DNA of 64,000 nt from an uncultured delta proteobacterium (GTDB taxonomy: Bacteria > Myxococcota > UBA727 > VGSZ01). This document shows, piece after piece, positions 55,248 through 64,000 of this stretch; the stretch's first letter is position 1; each line of letters starts with the position of its first letter. Location: positions 416,001 through 480,000 of the forward strand of contig CAVZJB010000005.1 in the NCBI GenBank assembly GCA_963775425.1, given 5' to 3'. Under the pieces are notes generated by a model. It was not told the DNA's origin, did no database searches, and saw only the letters and a program-made list of their open reading frames with translations. Made by a program: the position numbers and the translations under genes.

Positions 55248-58200
55248 GTGACCGCCGCCGTCCTCCCCGAAAAAGCGTCCGCGGGCGCCTCGACCTTTTC
55301 GTTGGCCCACAAGGTTCGCTTCGTCACGGCGGCCTCGCTCTTCGACGGGCACGACGCCGCCATCCAGATCATGCGGCGCGTGCTCCAGCAGGAGGGCGCC
55401 GAGGTCATCCACCTGGGCCATGACCGCTCGGTGGCCGACGTCGTCGACGCGGCCATCGCCGAGGACGCCCAGGGGATCGCCGTGTCCTCGTACCAGGGTG
55501 GGCACGTCGAGTACTTCACCTACATGCTCGAGCGCCTGAAGGCGCGCGGCGCGTCGCACATCCAGGTCTTCGGCGGCGGCGGCGGCGTCATCGTCCCCGA
55601 GGAGATCAAGCTGCTGCACGAGCGCGGCGTGGCCCACATCTTCTCACCCGAGGACGGCAGGAAGCTCGGGCTCGTCGGCATGATTCGCCAGATGCTGGCG
55701 GCGTGCGACCACGTGCCCGGCCCGATGCTCGCGCGGGTCCCCGAGGCGCTGTCGCCGGACAACCCCGGCGTCATCGCGCGCGCCATCACCACCCTGGAGC
55801 TCGCCCACGACGAGGGCGCCTCGCCCGAGGTGCGCCAGGCGGCCCTCACGCTGCGCGCGGACCTCGAGCAGAAGGCCAAGGCGCAGGCGAGCGCACACCT
55901 GCGGCCGCCGATCATCGGCTTCACGGGCACCGGCGGCGCCGGCAAGAGCTCGCTCATCGACGAGGTGCTCCTGCGCTTCCTCGAGGCGTTCCCCGAAAAG
56001 ACCGTCGCCGTCCTCTCGGTGGATCCCAGCCGTCGCAAGAGCGGCGGCGCCCTCCTCGGCGACCGCATCCGCATGAACGCCGCGGGCGCGCGCTTCGGCG
56101 CGCAGGGCCCGCAGGGCAAGGAGCGCGTCTACCTGCGCTCCATGGCCACGCGGCGCGCGAACCTGGCGACGTCGGCGGCGGTGAAGGAGGCGCTGTCGTT
56201 GCTGCAGCTCGCCGGCTTCGACCTCGTCATCCTCGAGACCGCCGGCATCGGCCAGAGCGACAGCGAGGTGGCGGACCTCGTCGACACGTCGGTCTACGTG
56301 ATGACCCCCGAGTACGGGGCGCCGAGCCAGCTCGAGAAGATCGACATGCTCGACTTCGCCGACCTCGTCGTCATCAACAAGTTCGACAAGCGTGGCGCCC
56401 TCGATGCCCTGCGCGACGTGCGCAAGACCTACCAGCGGAACCACAAGCTGTTCGACACGCCGGTGGACCAGCTCCCGGTGTTCGGCACGGCGGCGCACCG
56501 CTTCCACGACAAGGGCACCAACGCCTTCTTCAACGCCCTGTTCGCGCGCGTCGCGCGGGGGGCGTCACAGGGCCCGTGGACGTTCGCGCCGCTCGAGGAG
56601 GGGCCGGCGGCGACGGACTCGCTCATCCCCGCCGGGCGCACGCGCTACCTTGGCGACATCGCGGAGACGTCGAGGCGCCGGCGCAGGCTCGTCGAGGACC
56701 AGGCGCTGCTCGCGGAGCGGGCGCACGCGTGCAAGCGCGCGGCGGACGAGCTGCCCGAGGGGGAGCGCGCCCCGCTGTTGAAGCGCCACGAGGAGCTCGT
56801 GAAGGAGATGGCGCCCGAGGCGCGCGCCGTCCTCGAGGGCTGGGACGCGATGGTCGACGGCTTCTCCGCGCCGGTGCACAGCTACACCGTGCGCGGCAAG
56901 AAGATCGACGTCGACAACTACACGGAGAGCCTCTCGCACAACAAGATCCCCAAGGTGGCGCTGCCGGCGCACGCCGACTGGGGCGCGCGGGTGCGCTTCG
57001 GCATGAAGGAGAACGCGCCGGGCGCCTTCCCCTTCACCGCCGGCGTGTTCCCGTACAAGCGCACCGGCGAGGACCCCACGCGCATGTTCGCCGGCGAAGG
57101 CACGCCGGAGCGCACCAACCGCCGCTTCCACTACGTGTCGCAGGGTCAGCCCGCGGTGCGGCTGTCCACGGCGTTCGACTCCGTCACGCTCTACGGGCAG
57201 GACCCGGCGGTGCGCCCGGACATCTACGGCAAGGTCGGCAACTCGGGCGTGTCCGTGTGCAGCCTCGACGACGCCAAGCGGCTCTACTCGGGCTTCGATC
57301 TCTGCGCGCCGAGCACGTCGGTGTCGATGACCATCAACGGCCCCGCGCCCACGATGCTCGCGTTCTTCCTGAACGCCGCCATCGACGCCGCCGTCGAGCG
57401 CCGGCTGCGCAAGGACGGCTCGTGGCCCGAGGTGGATGCACGCATCGCGGCGTGGTTCAAGGAGCGCGGCATCGAGCGGCCGCGCTACCGGGGGGAGCTG
57501 CCGCCCGGCCACGACGGGATGGGCCTCGGCTTCCTCGGGCTCTCCGCCGACGCCGTCGTCGACAAGCCGCTCTACGACGAGGTCAAGGCCGGCGTCTTGC
57601 GCACCGTGCGCGGCACCGTGCAGGCCGACATCCTCAAGGAAGATCAGGCGCAGAACACCTGCATCTTCTCCGCCGAGTTCGCGCTGCGCATGATGGGCGA
57701 CGTGCAGCAGTACTTCGTCGACCACGACGTCAAGAACTTCTACAGCGTGAGCATCAGCGGCTACCACATCGCCGAAGCCGGGGCCAACCCGGTGACGCAG
57801 CTCGCGTTCACGCTCTCCAACGGCTTCACCCTCGTCGAGTACTATCGAGCGCGCGGGATGAAGGTCGACGACTTCGCGCCCAACCTCTCCTTCTTCTTCA
57901 GCAACGGGCTCGACCCGGAGTACGCCGTCATCGGCCGCGTGGCGCGGCGCATCTGGGCCGTCGCCATGCGCGACCTCTACGGCGCCGGCGAGAGGTCGCA
58001 GAAGCTCAAGTACCACATCCAGACGTCGGGCCGGTCGCTGCACGCGCAGGAGATGGCGTTCAACGACATCCGCACCACGCTGCAGGCGCTCTACGCCATC
58101 GCCGACAACTGCAACTCGCTCCACACCAACGCCTACGACGAGGCCGTCACCACGCCCACCGAAGAGAGCGTGCGGCGCGCCATCGCCATCCAGCTCGTCA

Positions 58201-58709
58201 TCAACCGCGAGCTCGGCATGATGAAGAACGAGAACCCGCTGCAGGGCTCGGCGTTCATCGAGATGCTCACCGACCTCGTCGAGGAGGCGGTGCTCGCGGA
58301 GTTCGAGGCCATCGACGCGCGCGGCGGCGTGCTCGGCGCCATGGAGTCCATGTACCAGCGCGGCAAGATCCAGGACGAGAGCCTCTACTACGAGCAGAAG
58401 AAGCTCTCCGGTGAGCTGCCCATCGTGGGCGTGAATACCTTCCTGCCGCACGACGAGAGCGACCTCGTGAAGGAGACCGCGCTCATCCGCTCGTCCGACG
58501 ACGAGAAGCAGGCGCAGATCGACGAGGTCACCGCGCTTCACGATCGCTTCCCCAAGGCGCGCGAGGAGGCCTTGCGGAACCTGAAGGAGACGGCGCGCAC
58601 GGGGGGCAACGTCTTCGGCGCCCTCATGGAGGCGGTGAAGACGTGCTCGTTGGGCTCCATCAGCCAGGCGCTGTTCGACGTCGGGGGCGCGTACCGGAGG
58701 AGCATGTGA
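55248..58709 (+). CDS. icmF: Fused isobutyryl-CoA mutase (B12 domain, MeaI GTPase, mutase)
   Basis: SLFDGHDA, GTGGAGKSS, ETAGIGQS, NKFD, TRMFAGEG, RLSTAFDS, QADILKEDQAQN, HIQTSGRSL. Confidence 0.95.
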   Translation: MTAAVLPEKASAGASTFSLAHKVRFVTAASLFDGHDAAIQIMRRVLQQEGAEVIHLGHDRSVADVVDAAIAEDAQGIAVSSYQGGHVEYFTYMLERLKARGASHIQVFGGGGGVIVPEEIKLLHERGVAHIFSPEDGRKLGLVGMIRQMLAACDHVPGPMLARVPEALSPDNPGVIARAITTLELAHDEGASPEVRQAALTLRADLEQKAKAQASAHLRPPIIGFTGTGGAGKSSLIDEVLLRFLEAFPEKTVAVLSVDPSRRKSGGALLGDRIRMNAAGARFGAQGPQGKERVYLRSMATRRANLATSAAVKEALSLLQLAGFDLVILETAGIGQSDSEVADLVDTSVYVMTPEYGAPSQLEKIDMLDFADLVVINKFDKRGALDALRDVRKTYQRNHKLFDTPVDQLPVFGTAAHRFHDKGTNAFFNALFARVARGASQGPWTFAPLEEGPAATDSLIPAGRTRYLGDIAETSRRRRRLVEDQALLAERAHACKRAADELPEGERAPLLKRHEELVKEMAPEARAVLEGWDAMVDGFSAPVHSYTVRGKKIDVDNYTESLSHNKIPKVALPAHADWGARVRFGMKENAPGAFPFTAGVFPYKRTGEDPTRMFAGEGTPERTNRRFHYVSQGQPAVRLSTAFDSVTLYGQDPAVRPDIYGKVGNSGVSVCSLDDAKRLYSGFDLCAPSTSVSMTINGPAPTMLAFFLNAAIDAAVERRLRKDGSWPEVDARIAAWFKERGIERPRYRGELPPGHDGMGLGFLGLSADAVVDKPLYDEVKAGVLRTVRGTVQADILKEDQAQNTCIFSAEFALRMMGDVQQYFVDHDVKNFYSVSISGYHIAEAGANPVTQLAFTLSNGFTLVEYYRARGMKVDDFAPNLSFFFSNGLDPEYAVIGRVARRIWAVAMRDLYGAGERSQKLKYHIQTSGRSLHAQEMAFNDIRTTLQALYAIADNCNSLHTNAYDEAVTTPTEESVRRAIAIQLVINRELGMMKNENPLQGSAFIEMLTDLVEEAVLAEFEAIDARGGVLGAMESMYQRGKIQDESLYYEQKKLSGELPIVGVNTFLPHDESDLVKETALIRSSDDEKQAQIDEVTALHDRFPKAREEALRNLKETARTGGNVFGALMEAVKTCSLGSISQALFDVGGAYRRSM

Positions 58710-60157
58710 CGTCCCGAAGCGCGACGCGGGGACCCCTCGGGCGAGCCGGCGCCTTGCACCTCGCGCTCCTCTCGTTGGCGGCGTCGGCGGCGCACGCGGG
58801 GTCCAAGGACTACGCCGTGGCCACCGTCGCGATCGCCGCCGACGGGCAGAGCGCGCAGGCGGCCGTGCGCGTGGGCCACATCGCCAAGGAGACGTTCGCG
58901 CAGCAGCCGGACGCGTCGTTGCTCGACCTCGAGAAGGTCCTCGAGGGCGCGGAGCCTCTGTGGAAGGACAAGCTCGCCGCCGCCGAGGCCGCTGCGCGCA
59001 AGGGAAAGACCGCCATGGACTCGGTGGAGCTCCCCGTGGCCGCCGACGCGTTCGCCGAGGCCATGGTCGCGTACGAGCAAGCCGTCCCCGGGCTCAAGGA
59101 CATCAACGCCGTGCGCGACACCCTCGTGCAGCAGGGCACCGTCCTGGTGCTTCAGGGCGACACGCGCTCGGGCAAGGAGGCGTTCTTCCGCGCGCTCACG
59201 CTCGACCCCGGCTACCGCATGGAGGAGGAGGGCACCAACAAGCGGGTGCTGTCCACGTTCGACGCGGCGGTGAAGACGCAGCGCAAGGCGGGTCAGGGCA
59301 CGCTCACGGTGTACGCGTCGAGCGGCGCCGCCGAGGTGTGGATCGACGGCGTGTTCCGCGGCGTCGCGCCGTTCACCGCCGACGTCTCCGCCGGCCGCCA
59401 CTACGTGCGCGTGGTGCGCGACGGTTACCTGTCCTGGGGCACGGCGGCCGAGGTCAAGCGCGGCAGCGAGGTCAGCGTTCAGGCGAGCCTGCGCCCCACC
59501 GCCAGGCTGCCCAAGCTCGAGGAGCTGTCGGCGCGCGTCACCCGTGAGCAGGAGAGCGACAAGCCCATCGCGGAGCTGGCGGCGGCGCTCAAGGTCGACC
59601 GGCTCGTCGCCATCGTCGTCAAGGATCAAAACGGCTCCGCGTCGCTCATCGCCACCATGGTGGACGGCGTGTCCGCCAAGGTCATCGCGCGCGCCAACAA
59701 GGTGTTCGCCACCGGCGACACCTTCTTCGACCACGACGTCCACAACTTCCTCGTCGACAAGATCATCCACGGTGAGGGGGCGGCGCCCGAGGAGTACGTG
59801 CCGGTGAAGCCCAAGAAGCCCGACGACAAGACCTCCATGCTCCCCGGCGAGGCCGAGAAGGTGGAGACGCCGGGCGCCGTCATCGGCGGTTGGGTGCTCA
59901 CCGGCAGCGGCGCGGCGCTCGCCGTCAACTCCGTCGTCTTCGGCATCATCAGCTACACGCTCTTCGACGATTACCGAAACAAGCTGAAGACGCAGCTCGA
60001 TCCCAACCTCGAGCCCGTGCGCAGCGCCTGGCTGACGACGTCCATCGTCACGGACGCCTCATGGATCCTCGGCGCCGCCGCCATCGCCGGCGGCACCGTC
60101 GCGCTCGTCAACGGCTACTCCGAGCAGGCGGCGCAGGAGGAGGTGTTGAACCCATGA
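58706..60157 (+). CDS. PEGA-domain membrane protein
   Basis: TPR-like helices, GAAEVWIDG...AGRHYVRVVRDGY, two C-terminal hydrophobic segments. Confidence 0.85.
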   Translation: MTSRSATRGPLGRAGALHLALLSLAASAAHAGSKDYAVATVAIAADGQSAQAAVRVGHIAKETFAQQPDASLLDLEKVLEGAEPLWKDKLAAAEAAARKGKTAMDSVELPVAADAFAEAMVAYEQAVPGLKDINAVRDTLVQQGTVLVLQGDTRSGKEAFFRALTLDPGYRMEEEGTNKRVLSTFDAAVKTQRKAGQGTLTVYASSGAAEVWIDGVFRGVAPFTADVSAGRHYVRVVRDGYLSWGTAAEVKRGSEVSVQASLRPTARLPKLEELSARVTREQESDKPIAELAAALKVDRLVAIVVKDQNGSASLIATMVDGVSAKVIARANKVFATGDTFFDHDVHNFLVDKIIHGEGAAPEEYVPVKPKKPDDKTSMLPGEAEKVETPGAVIGGWVLTGSGAALAVNSVVFGIISYTLFDDYRNKLKTQLDPNLEPVRSAWLTTSIVTDASWILGAAAIAGGTVALVNGYSEQAAQEEVLNP

Positions 60158-61065
60158 GCCGCGCGATCCCTCCACGAGCGTGGCGCGCCGCGGTGCTGCT
60201 GGCGGTGTGCGCGTCCACGGCGTCGTGCACGTTTCTCTATCTGTTCAACTCGGACCCGGAAGGGCTGCCGTGCGACTTCACCAACAGCGACCAAGGCGCC
60301 TGCCTCGACGGCTACGTCTGCGTCAACGTCGAGAGCGGCGACCCCGACAACCCCGACATCAACCCGGTGTGTCTGAAGGCGGGCGCCAAGAAGAAGGGCG
60401 AGGCCTGCGCGCGCAACGAGGAGTGCGACTCCGACCTCACGTGCAATACGCGCTTCGCCGCCTGCACCGGCGGCGGCGACGACTTCAACTGCGACCTCGT
60501 CTCCGACGCGGACAAGAACCTCGCGTGCCGCACCGTCTGTGATCCGCAAAACCCCACCGCGACCTGCAACGCCGACGAGGCCTGCGTCGACCTCGGCGAC
60601 GGCGCGCCCTTTTGTCAGAGCGGCACCTGCACGAGCGACAGCGACTGCAACGTCCACAACGGCAGCGGCTTCTGCATCGGCGAGGGGAACCCGCCGTCGA
60701 AGATCGGGTTCTGCTTCGAGGCGTGCAACCCGCTCGCGTGCAGCGGCGGGCAATGCCCGGACTGCAAAGGCGTGGACGGCGTGGTCGACGCCAGCGCCAA
60801 CTGCGTCCCCCTCCTCGACGAGGGCCTGACCACCAGCAACCGCACCATGTGCGACATCATCGGCACCACGGCGGACTTCTCCGCCTGCGATCCCCTCGGC
60901 GAGCCGTGCCAGGGCGGCGCCTTCTGCAACAACCTGATCTCCACGGGCCCCGTATGCACCCCGTGGTGCTTCTTCGACGGCAGCGATCAGGGCGGATCTC
61001 CCGGATGCTCGGCGCCCGCCCTCTGCAACAACATCGACGGCAGCACCATCGGCTTCTGCCTGTGA
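60154..61065 (+). CDS. Cys-rich lipoprotein
   Basis: TASC lipobox, many cysteines, ATGA overlap with the upstream gene. Confidence 0.8.
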   Translation: MSRAIPPRAWRAAVLLAVCASTASCTFLYLFNSDPEGLPCDFTNSDQGACLDGYVCVNVESGDPDNPDINPVCLKAGAKKKGEACARNEECDSDLTCNTRFAACTGGGDDFNCDLVSDADKNLACRTVCDPQNPTATCNADEACVDLGDGAPFCQSGTCTSDSDCNVHNGSGFCIGEGNPPSKIGFCFEACNPLACSGGQCPDCKGVDGVVDASANCVPLLDEGLTTSNRTMCDIIGTTADFSACDPLGEPCQGGAFCNNLISTGPVCTPWCFFDGSDQGGSPGCSAPALCNNIDGSTIGFCL

Positions 61066-61129
61066 CATCCCTGGATGCAGCGTCGGCCTTGATCGACATC
61101 CACGAGGCGGGAGAGGATCGCCCCGAGCG

Positions 61130-62548
61130 ATGAGTCAGGAACAGGCAAATACATTCCGCAAATACCGGGAGGCCCAGGACCCCCAGGGGAACCTCGCGTG
61201 GGCGCTGCGCCTGCAGCAGAAGGCGCTGCGCCAGGACCCCGAGGCCGCGGGGCGATTGAACGTCGAGCGCGACTTCGAGCTCACCGATGACGAGCGGGCG
61301 ATCTGGCGACTGCTCAAGCTGCCGCGCAAGTACATGGACCTCGAGCATTGCGGGCTCTTCTCCGTGGACCTGGCGCGTGGCGTGTTGCGCGGCTTCGTCG
61401 CCGCCGACGTCGTCGACATCGTCGAGATCTCCGAGGCCAAGGCGCTCCTCCCCGCGGAGATCAAGCGCGTCAAGGCGCAGCTCGCCGGCAAGGAGGTCGG
61501 CCGGCCGCGCGAGCCGTTGCGCGGCCGCGTGTACCGCCCCGACATCAGCGGGGGCGCGCCGGGGGAGGCGCCGCCGGCACAACCGGCGCCGCCGAGCGAG
61601 CCCCCCGCCGCGAGCGTGCCGGCACCGGTGGAGCTCCGGGAGCCGGCGCGCGCGCAGGCGTCTTCGCCGGGCACGCGCTCGCCGGCGTCGCGGTCCGCGG
61701 GCGGCCGGGCGCCGGCGACGAGCTCGCCGGGGATGCGGGCGCCGGCGCACACCGCGCCGGGCACGGGGCTCGACGACGACGAGCGCTTCTACGTGGCGGA
61801 GATCGAGCGGGCGTTCGCGGCCGCGCAGACGCAGAACCACTACGAGTTCCTCGGGCTGCAAAGGCCCACCGACGACGCCGCCGTGCGCGCGGCGTACGTG
61901 CGGCTCGCGCGCGAGTACCACCCCGATCGCGTCACCGGCGTGCTCGGAAAGGACGAGGGCCTGAAGGCGCACGTGGACGGGCTCTTCAAGCGCCTCGGCG
62001 AGGCCCAGGCCGCCGTCGCCAACGCCGAGGCGCGCAGCCAATACGATCGCACGCTCAACGCCCTCGGCGAGCAGGGGCAGACCTACGCCGGCGGGAAGCG
62101 CCAGCGCCGCCCCCTCGAGGCCAAGAACGCGTACCTGATGGCCGAGACCTACTTCAAGAAGAAGGACCTCAAGCAGGCGGAGGCGCACTACCGCCAGGCC
62201 GCGGTGTTCGACCCCGAAGATCCGAAGATCCTCACCGCGCTCGCGTTCTGCATCTGGCTCAACCCCGACCACGACGACAAGCAGCGCGCCGCGGAGGCGC
62301 GCAAGCGCTTGAGCGAAGTGGTCACCACGTACAGGTACGGTGACGCCGCCTACAAGCTCGGTCTGTTGTTGCGCAAGGAGAAAGACGAAGCCGGCGCCCA
62401 GCGCCAATTCTCCACCGCCAACCGCCTCGACCCCGATCACGTCGAGGCGCAGCGCGAGGTGCGCCTCACGCAGAGCCGCCACAAGAAGGCCGAGCAGGAG
62501 CGCAAGGACGCCGGAAGCTTCCTCGGCAAGCTCGGCCTCAAGAAATGA
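61130..62548 (+). CDS. DnaJ-domain and TPR protein
   Basis: NHYEFLGL...AREYHPDR...RSQYD, then TPRs. Confidence 0.88.
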   Translation: MSQEQANTFRKYREAQDPQGNLAWALRLQQKALRQDPEAAGRLNVERDFELTDDERAIWRLLKLPRKYMDLEHCGLFSVDLARGVLRGFVAADVVDIVEISEAKALLPAEIKRVKAQLAGKEVGRPREPLRGRVYRPDISGGAPGEAPPAQPAPPSEPPAASVPAPVELREPARAQASSPGTRSPASRSAGGRAPATSSPGMRAPAHTAPGTGLDDDERFYVAEIERAFAAAQTQNHYEFLGLQRPTDDAAVRAAYVRLAREYHPDRVTGVLGKDEGLKAHVDGLFKRLGEAQAAVANAEARSQYDRTLNALGEQGQTYAGGKRQRRPLEAKNAYLMAETYFKKKDLKQAEAHYRQAAVFDPEDPKILTALAFCIWLNPDHDDKQRAAEARKRLSEVVTTYRYGDAAYKLGLLLRKEKDEAGAQRQFSTANRLDPDHVEAQREVRLTQSRHKKAEQERKDAGSFLGKLGLKK

Positions 62549-62585
62549 CGCGTCGCCCCGACCCCCCGACCGCCCGGCGCGCGCC

Positions 62586-63299
62586 ATGATGCTCGCCGTC
62601 GGCCTCGCGCTCGCGACGTTGGCGGCGCCGCCGTCGACGACGCCGCCCGCGGCGGCGCCGGCTCCGCCGGGGCGGGTGAAGCTCATCGTCCTCGAGCCGG
62701 TCGGCGAGAGCGTCGACGCGGCGACCATCGCCACGATCGCCAGCCTGGTGTCCGTGGAGCTCGCGCGGGACACGCGCTACGACGTGCTCTCCGCGGGAGA
62801 CGTGAAGCGGATGACGCAGTTCTCCGCCGAAAAGCAGGACGTGGGCTGTACCGACGACGGCTGCCTGGCGGAGCTGGCGGGCGCGTTGGGGGCGAACCTC
62901 ATCGTCTACGGCGACGTGGGCAAGCTCGGCGACGTCCTCGTCGTGAACCTCAACGTCTTCGATGCCAAGAAGGCGCGCGCCGAGAGCCGCGTCTCCATCC
63001 AGGTCACGGACCCGGGCGAGCTGCCGGCTCGCATCCCGGCTGCCACGAAGCAGCTCATCGCGCCGGTGTCGAGCGCCCTGTTCGGCGGCGCCGCCGCGCC
63101 GGTGCCGTTCAACCTGCCGTGGACGGCGGGGATGATCGGCGCCGGCGTCGTCCTCGTAGGCTTCGGCGTCGCCTTCGACGCGCTCTCCGAGACGAGCAGC
63201 AACGGCGAGCTCGACATCGGCGACTTCTGCGGCCCGGTCTTCGTCGCCGCCGGCGTCGGCGCCGCCGCGCTCGGGCTGTTCGTGCCGGTGGCGCCGTGA
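62586..63299 (+). CDS. Secreted or membrane protein with CsgG/TolB-N-like domain
   Basis: GCTDDGCLAELAGALGA motif, C-terminal hydrophobic hairpin. Confidence 0.7.
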   Translation: MMLAVGLALATLAAPPSTTPPAAAPAPPGRVKLIVLEPVGESVDAATIATIASLVSVELARDTRYDVLSAGDVKRMTQFSAEKQDVGCTDDGCLAELAGALGANLIVYGDVGKLGDVLVVNLNVFDAKKARAESRVSIQVTDPGELPARIPAATKQLIAPVSSALFGGAAAPVPFNLPWTAGMIGAGVVLVGFGVAFDALSETSSNGELDIGDFCGPVFVAAGVGAAALGLFVPVAP

Positions 63300-63619
63300 A
63301 CGCCTGCCGCGCCGCCCTCGCCGCCGTCGCCCTGCTTGCCTCCTCCTGCGGCATCGCCAACGCCATCAGCGGCGACGACCTCAACAGCGACACGAGTTGC
63401 AGCGCCGGCATCGGCGACAGCGGCTGTGTCTGCACCGGCGCCGACTGCGCGTGCATCGACGGGTTCAACTGCCGTTGCTCCGGCAACGGATGCACCGTCG
63501 CCGTCGACGACGACTCCAACACGAGCTGCACCGGACCCGGGTGCGCGTGCGACGACACGCAGTGCGTCTGCGAAGGCGCCACCGGCTGCACCTGCGTCGG
63601 CGCTTGCGGAACGCCCTGA
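63296..63619 (+). CDS. Small CxC-rich lipoprotein
   Basis: LASSC lipobox, six CxC motifs, GTGA overlap with the upstream gene. Confidence 0.75.
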   Translation: MNACRAALAAVALLASSCGIANAISGDDLNSDTSCSAGIGDSGCVCTGADCACIDGFNCRCSGNGCTVAVDDDSNTSCTGPGCACDDTQCVCEGATGCTCVGACGTP

Positions 63620-63624
63620 GCTCG

Positions 63625-64000
63625 TCAGACCGGCTTGAGGATGGGCAGCGGCGCCTGCGGCAACACCGCCGTCAGCGGGAAGCGTGAGGCGATCGCGTCG
63701 TCGATGCCGAAGCCGAGGGCTTCGCGCACGGCGAGGTGGACGTGGCCCGAGGTGAGCACGATGTCGCCGTCGTCGGCGGCGACGACGTCGCCGCCCTGGA
63801 GCTTCACGGGCTTGGCGAGGATGCCGTTGGCGGCGCCTCCGCCGGGGTTGCGGGTGGTGGTGGCGCCGACCACGCGGCCGCCCTGGATGAGCGGCGTCGC
63901 CGCGCCCGCCGCCGCCACCATCATGCTGGTCACCGGCCAGTGGTCCTTGCCGCCGTCGTCGTTGTAGCGCGTCCGGCCGAAGTCCAATCCGACGACGACG
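63625..64000 (-). CDS. C-terminus of a DUF1501-family protein (partial)
   Basis: DFGRT, GKDHW, GGRVVGAT; frame open to the window edge. Confidence 0.8.
   Translation of the reverse strand, partial: VVVGLDFGRTRYNDDGGKDHWPVTSMMVAAAGAATPLIQGGRVVGATTTRNPGGGAANGILAKPVKLQGGDVVAADDGDIVLTSGHVHLAVREALGFGIDDAIASRFPLTAVLPQAPLPILKPV

Overview
Very GC-rich, gene-dense bacterial DNA with Myxococcota hallmarks: CGDG/ECDDGN cysteine repeats, MYXO-CTERM-like anchors, a myxobacterial-type PilZ protein, a TraB-like OmpA and many Cys-rich lipoproteins. I saw no rRNA, tRNA, CRISPR array or transposase. Recognisable genes are nadB, nadA, nhaA, icmF, an ABC exporter, a TonB-dependent receptor, a Ser/Thr kinase with a cNMP domain, an SPFH operon, a degenerate PilT and a GH13 enzyme. 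The main candidate for an undescribed system is 46755-53081. It is a stressosome-like RsbT/RsbS/RsbR module whose phosphatase slot holds only a 28-codon remnant, with a divergent pseudo-receiver/Fis regulator. It is followed directly by a class I terpene cyclase, an FPP synthase and an App1-like phosphatase instead of a sigma-B, kinase or cyclase output. The second candidate is 18444-27345, an ECF/FecR-linked cluster of envelope redox proteins (heme-capped beta-barrel, surface-anchored CxxCH protein, YceI, Tat Rieske, diheme lipoprotein). Their CxxCH module also occurs in a temptin-like protein at 10569. Also seen: a dispersed ~30-bp GATC-bounded palindromic repeat (one copy in frame inside a gene), a probable assembly junction at ~981, and four single-T frameshifts, three of them in the hexamer GATTCT. 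All calls come from motifs read by eye; no database searches were run.
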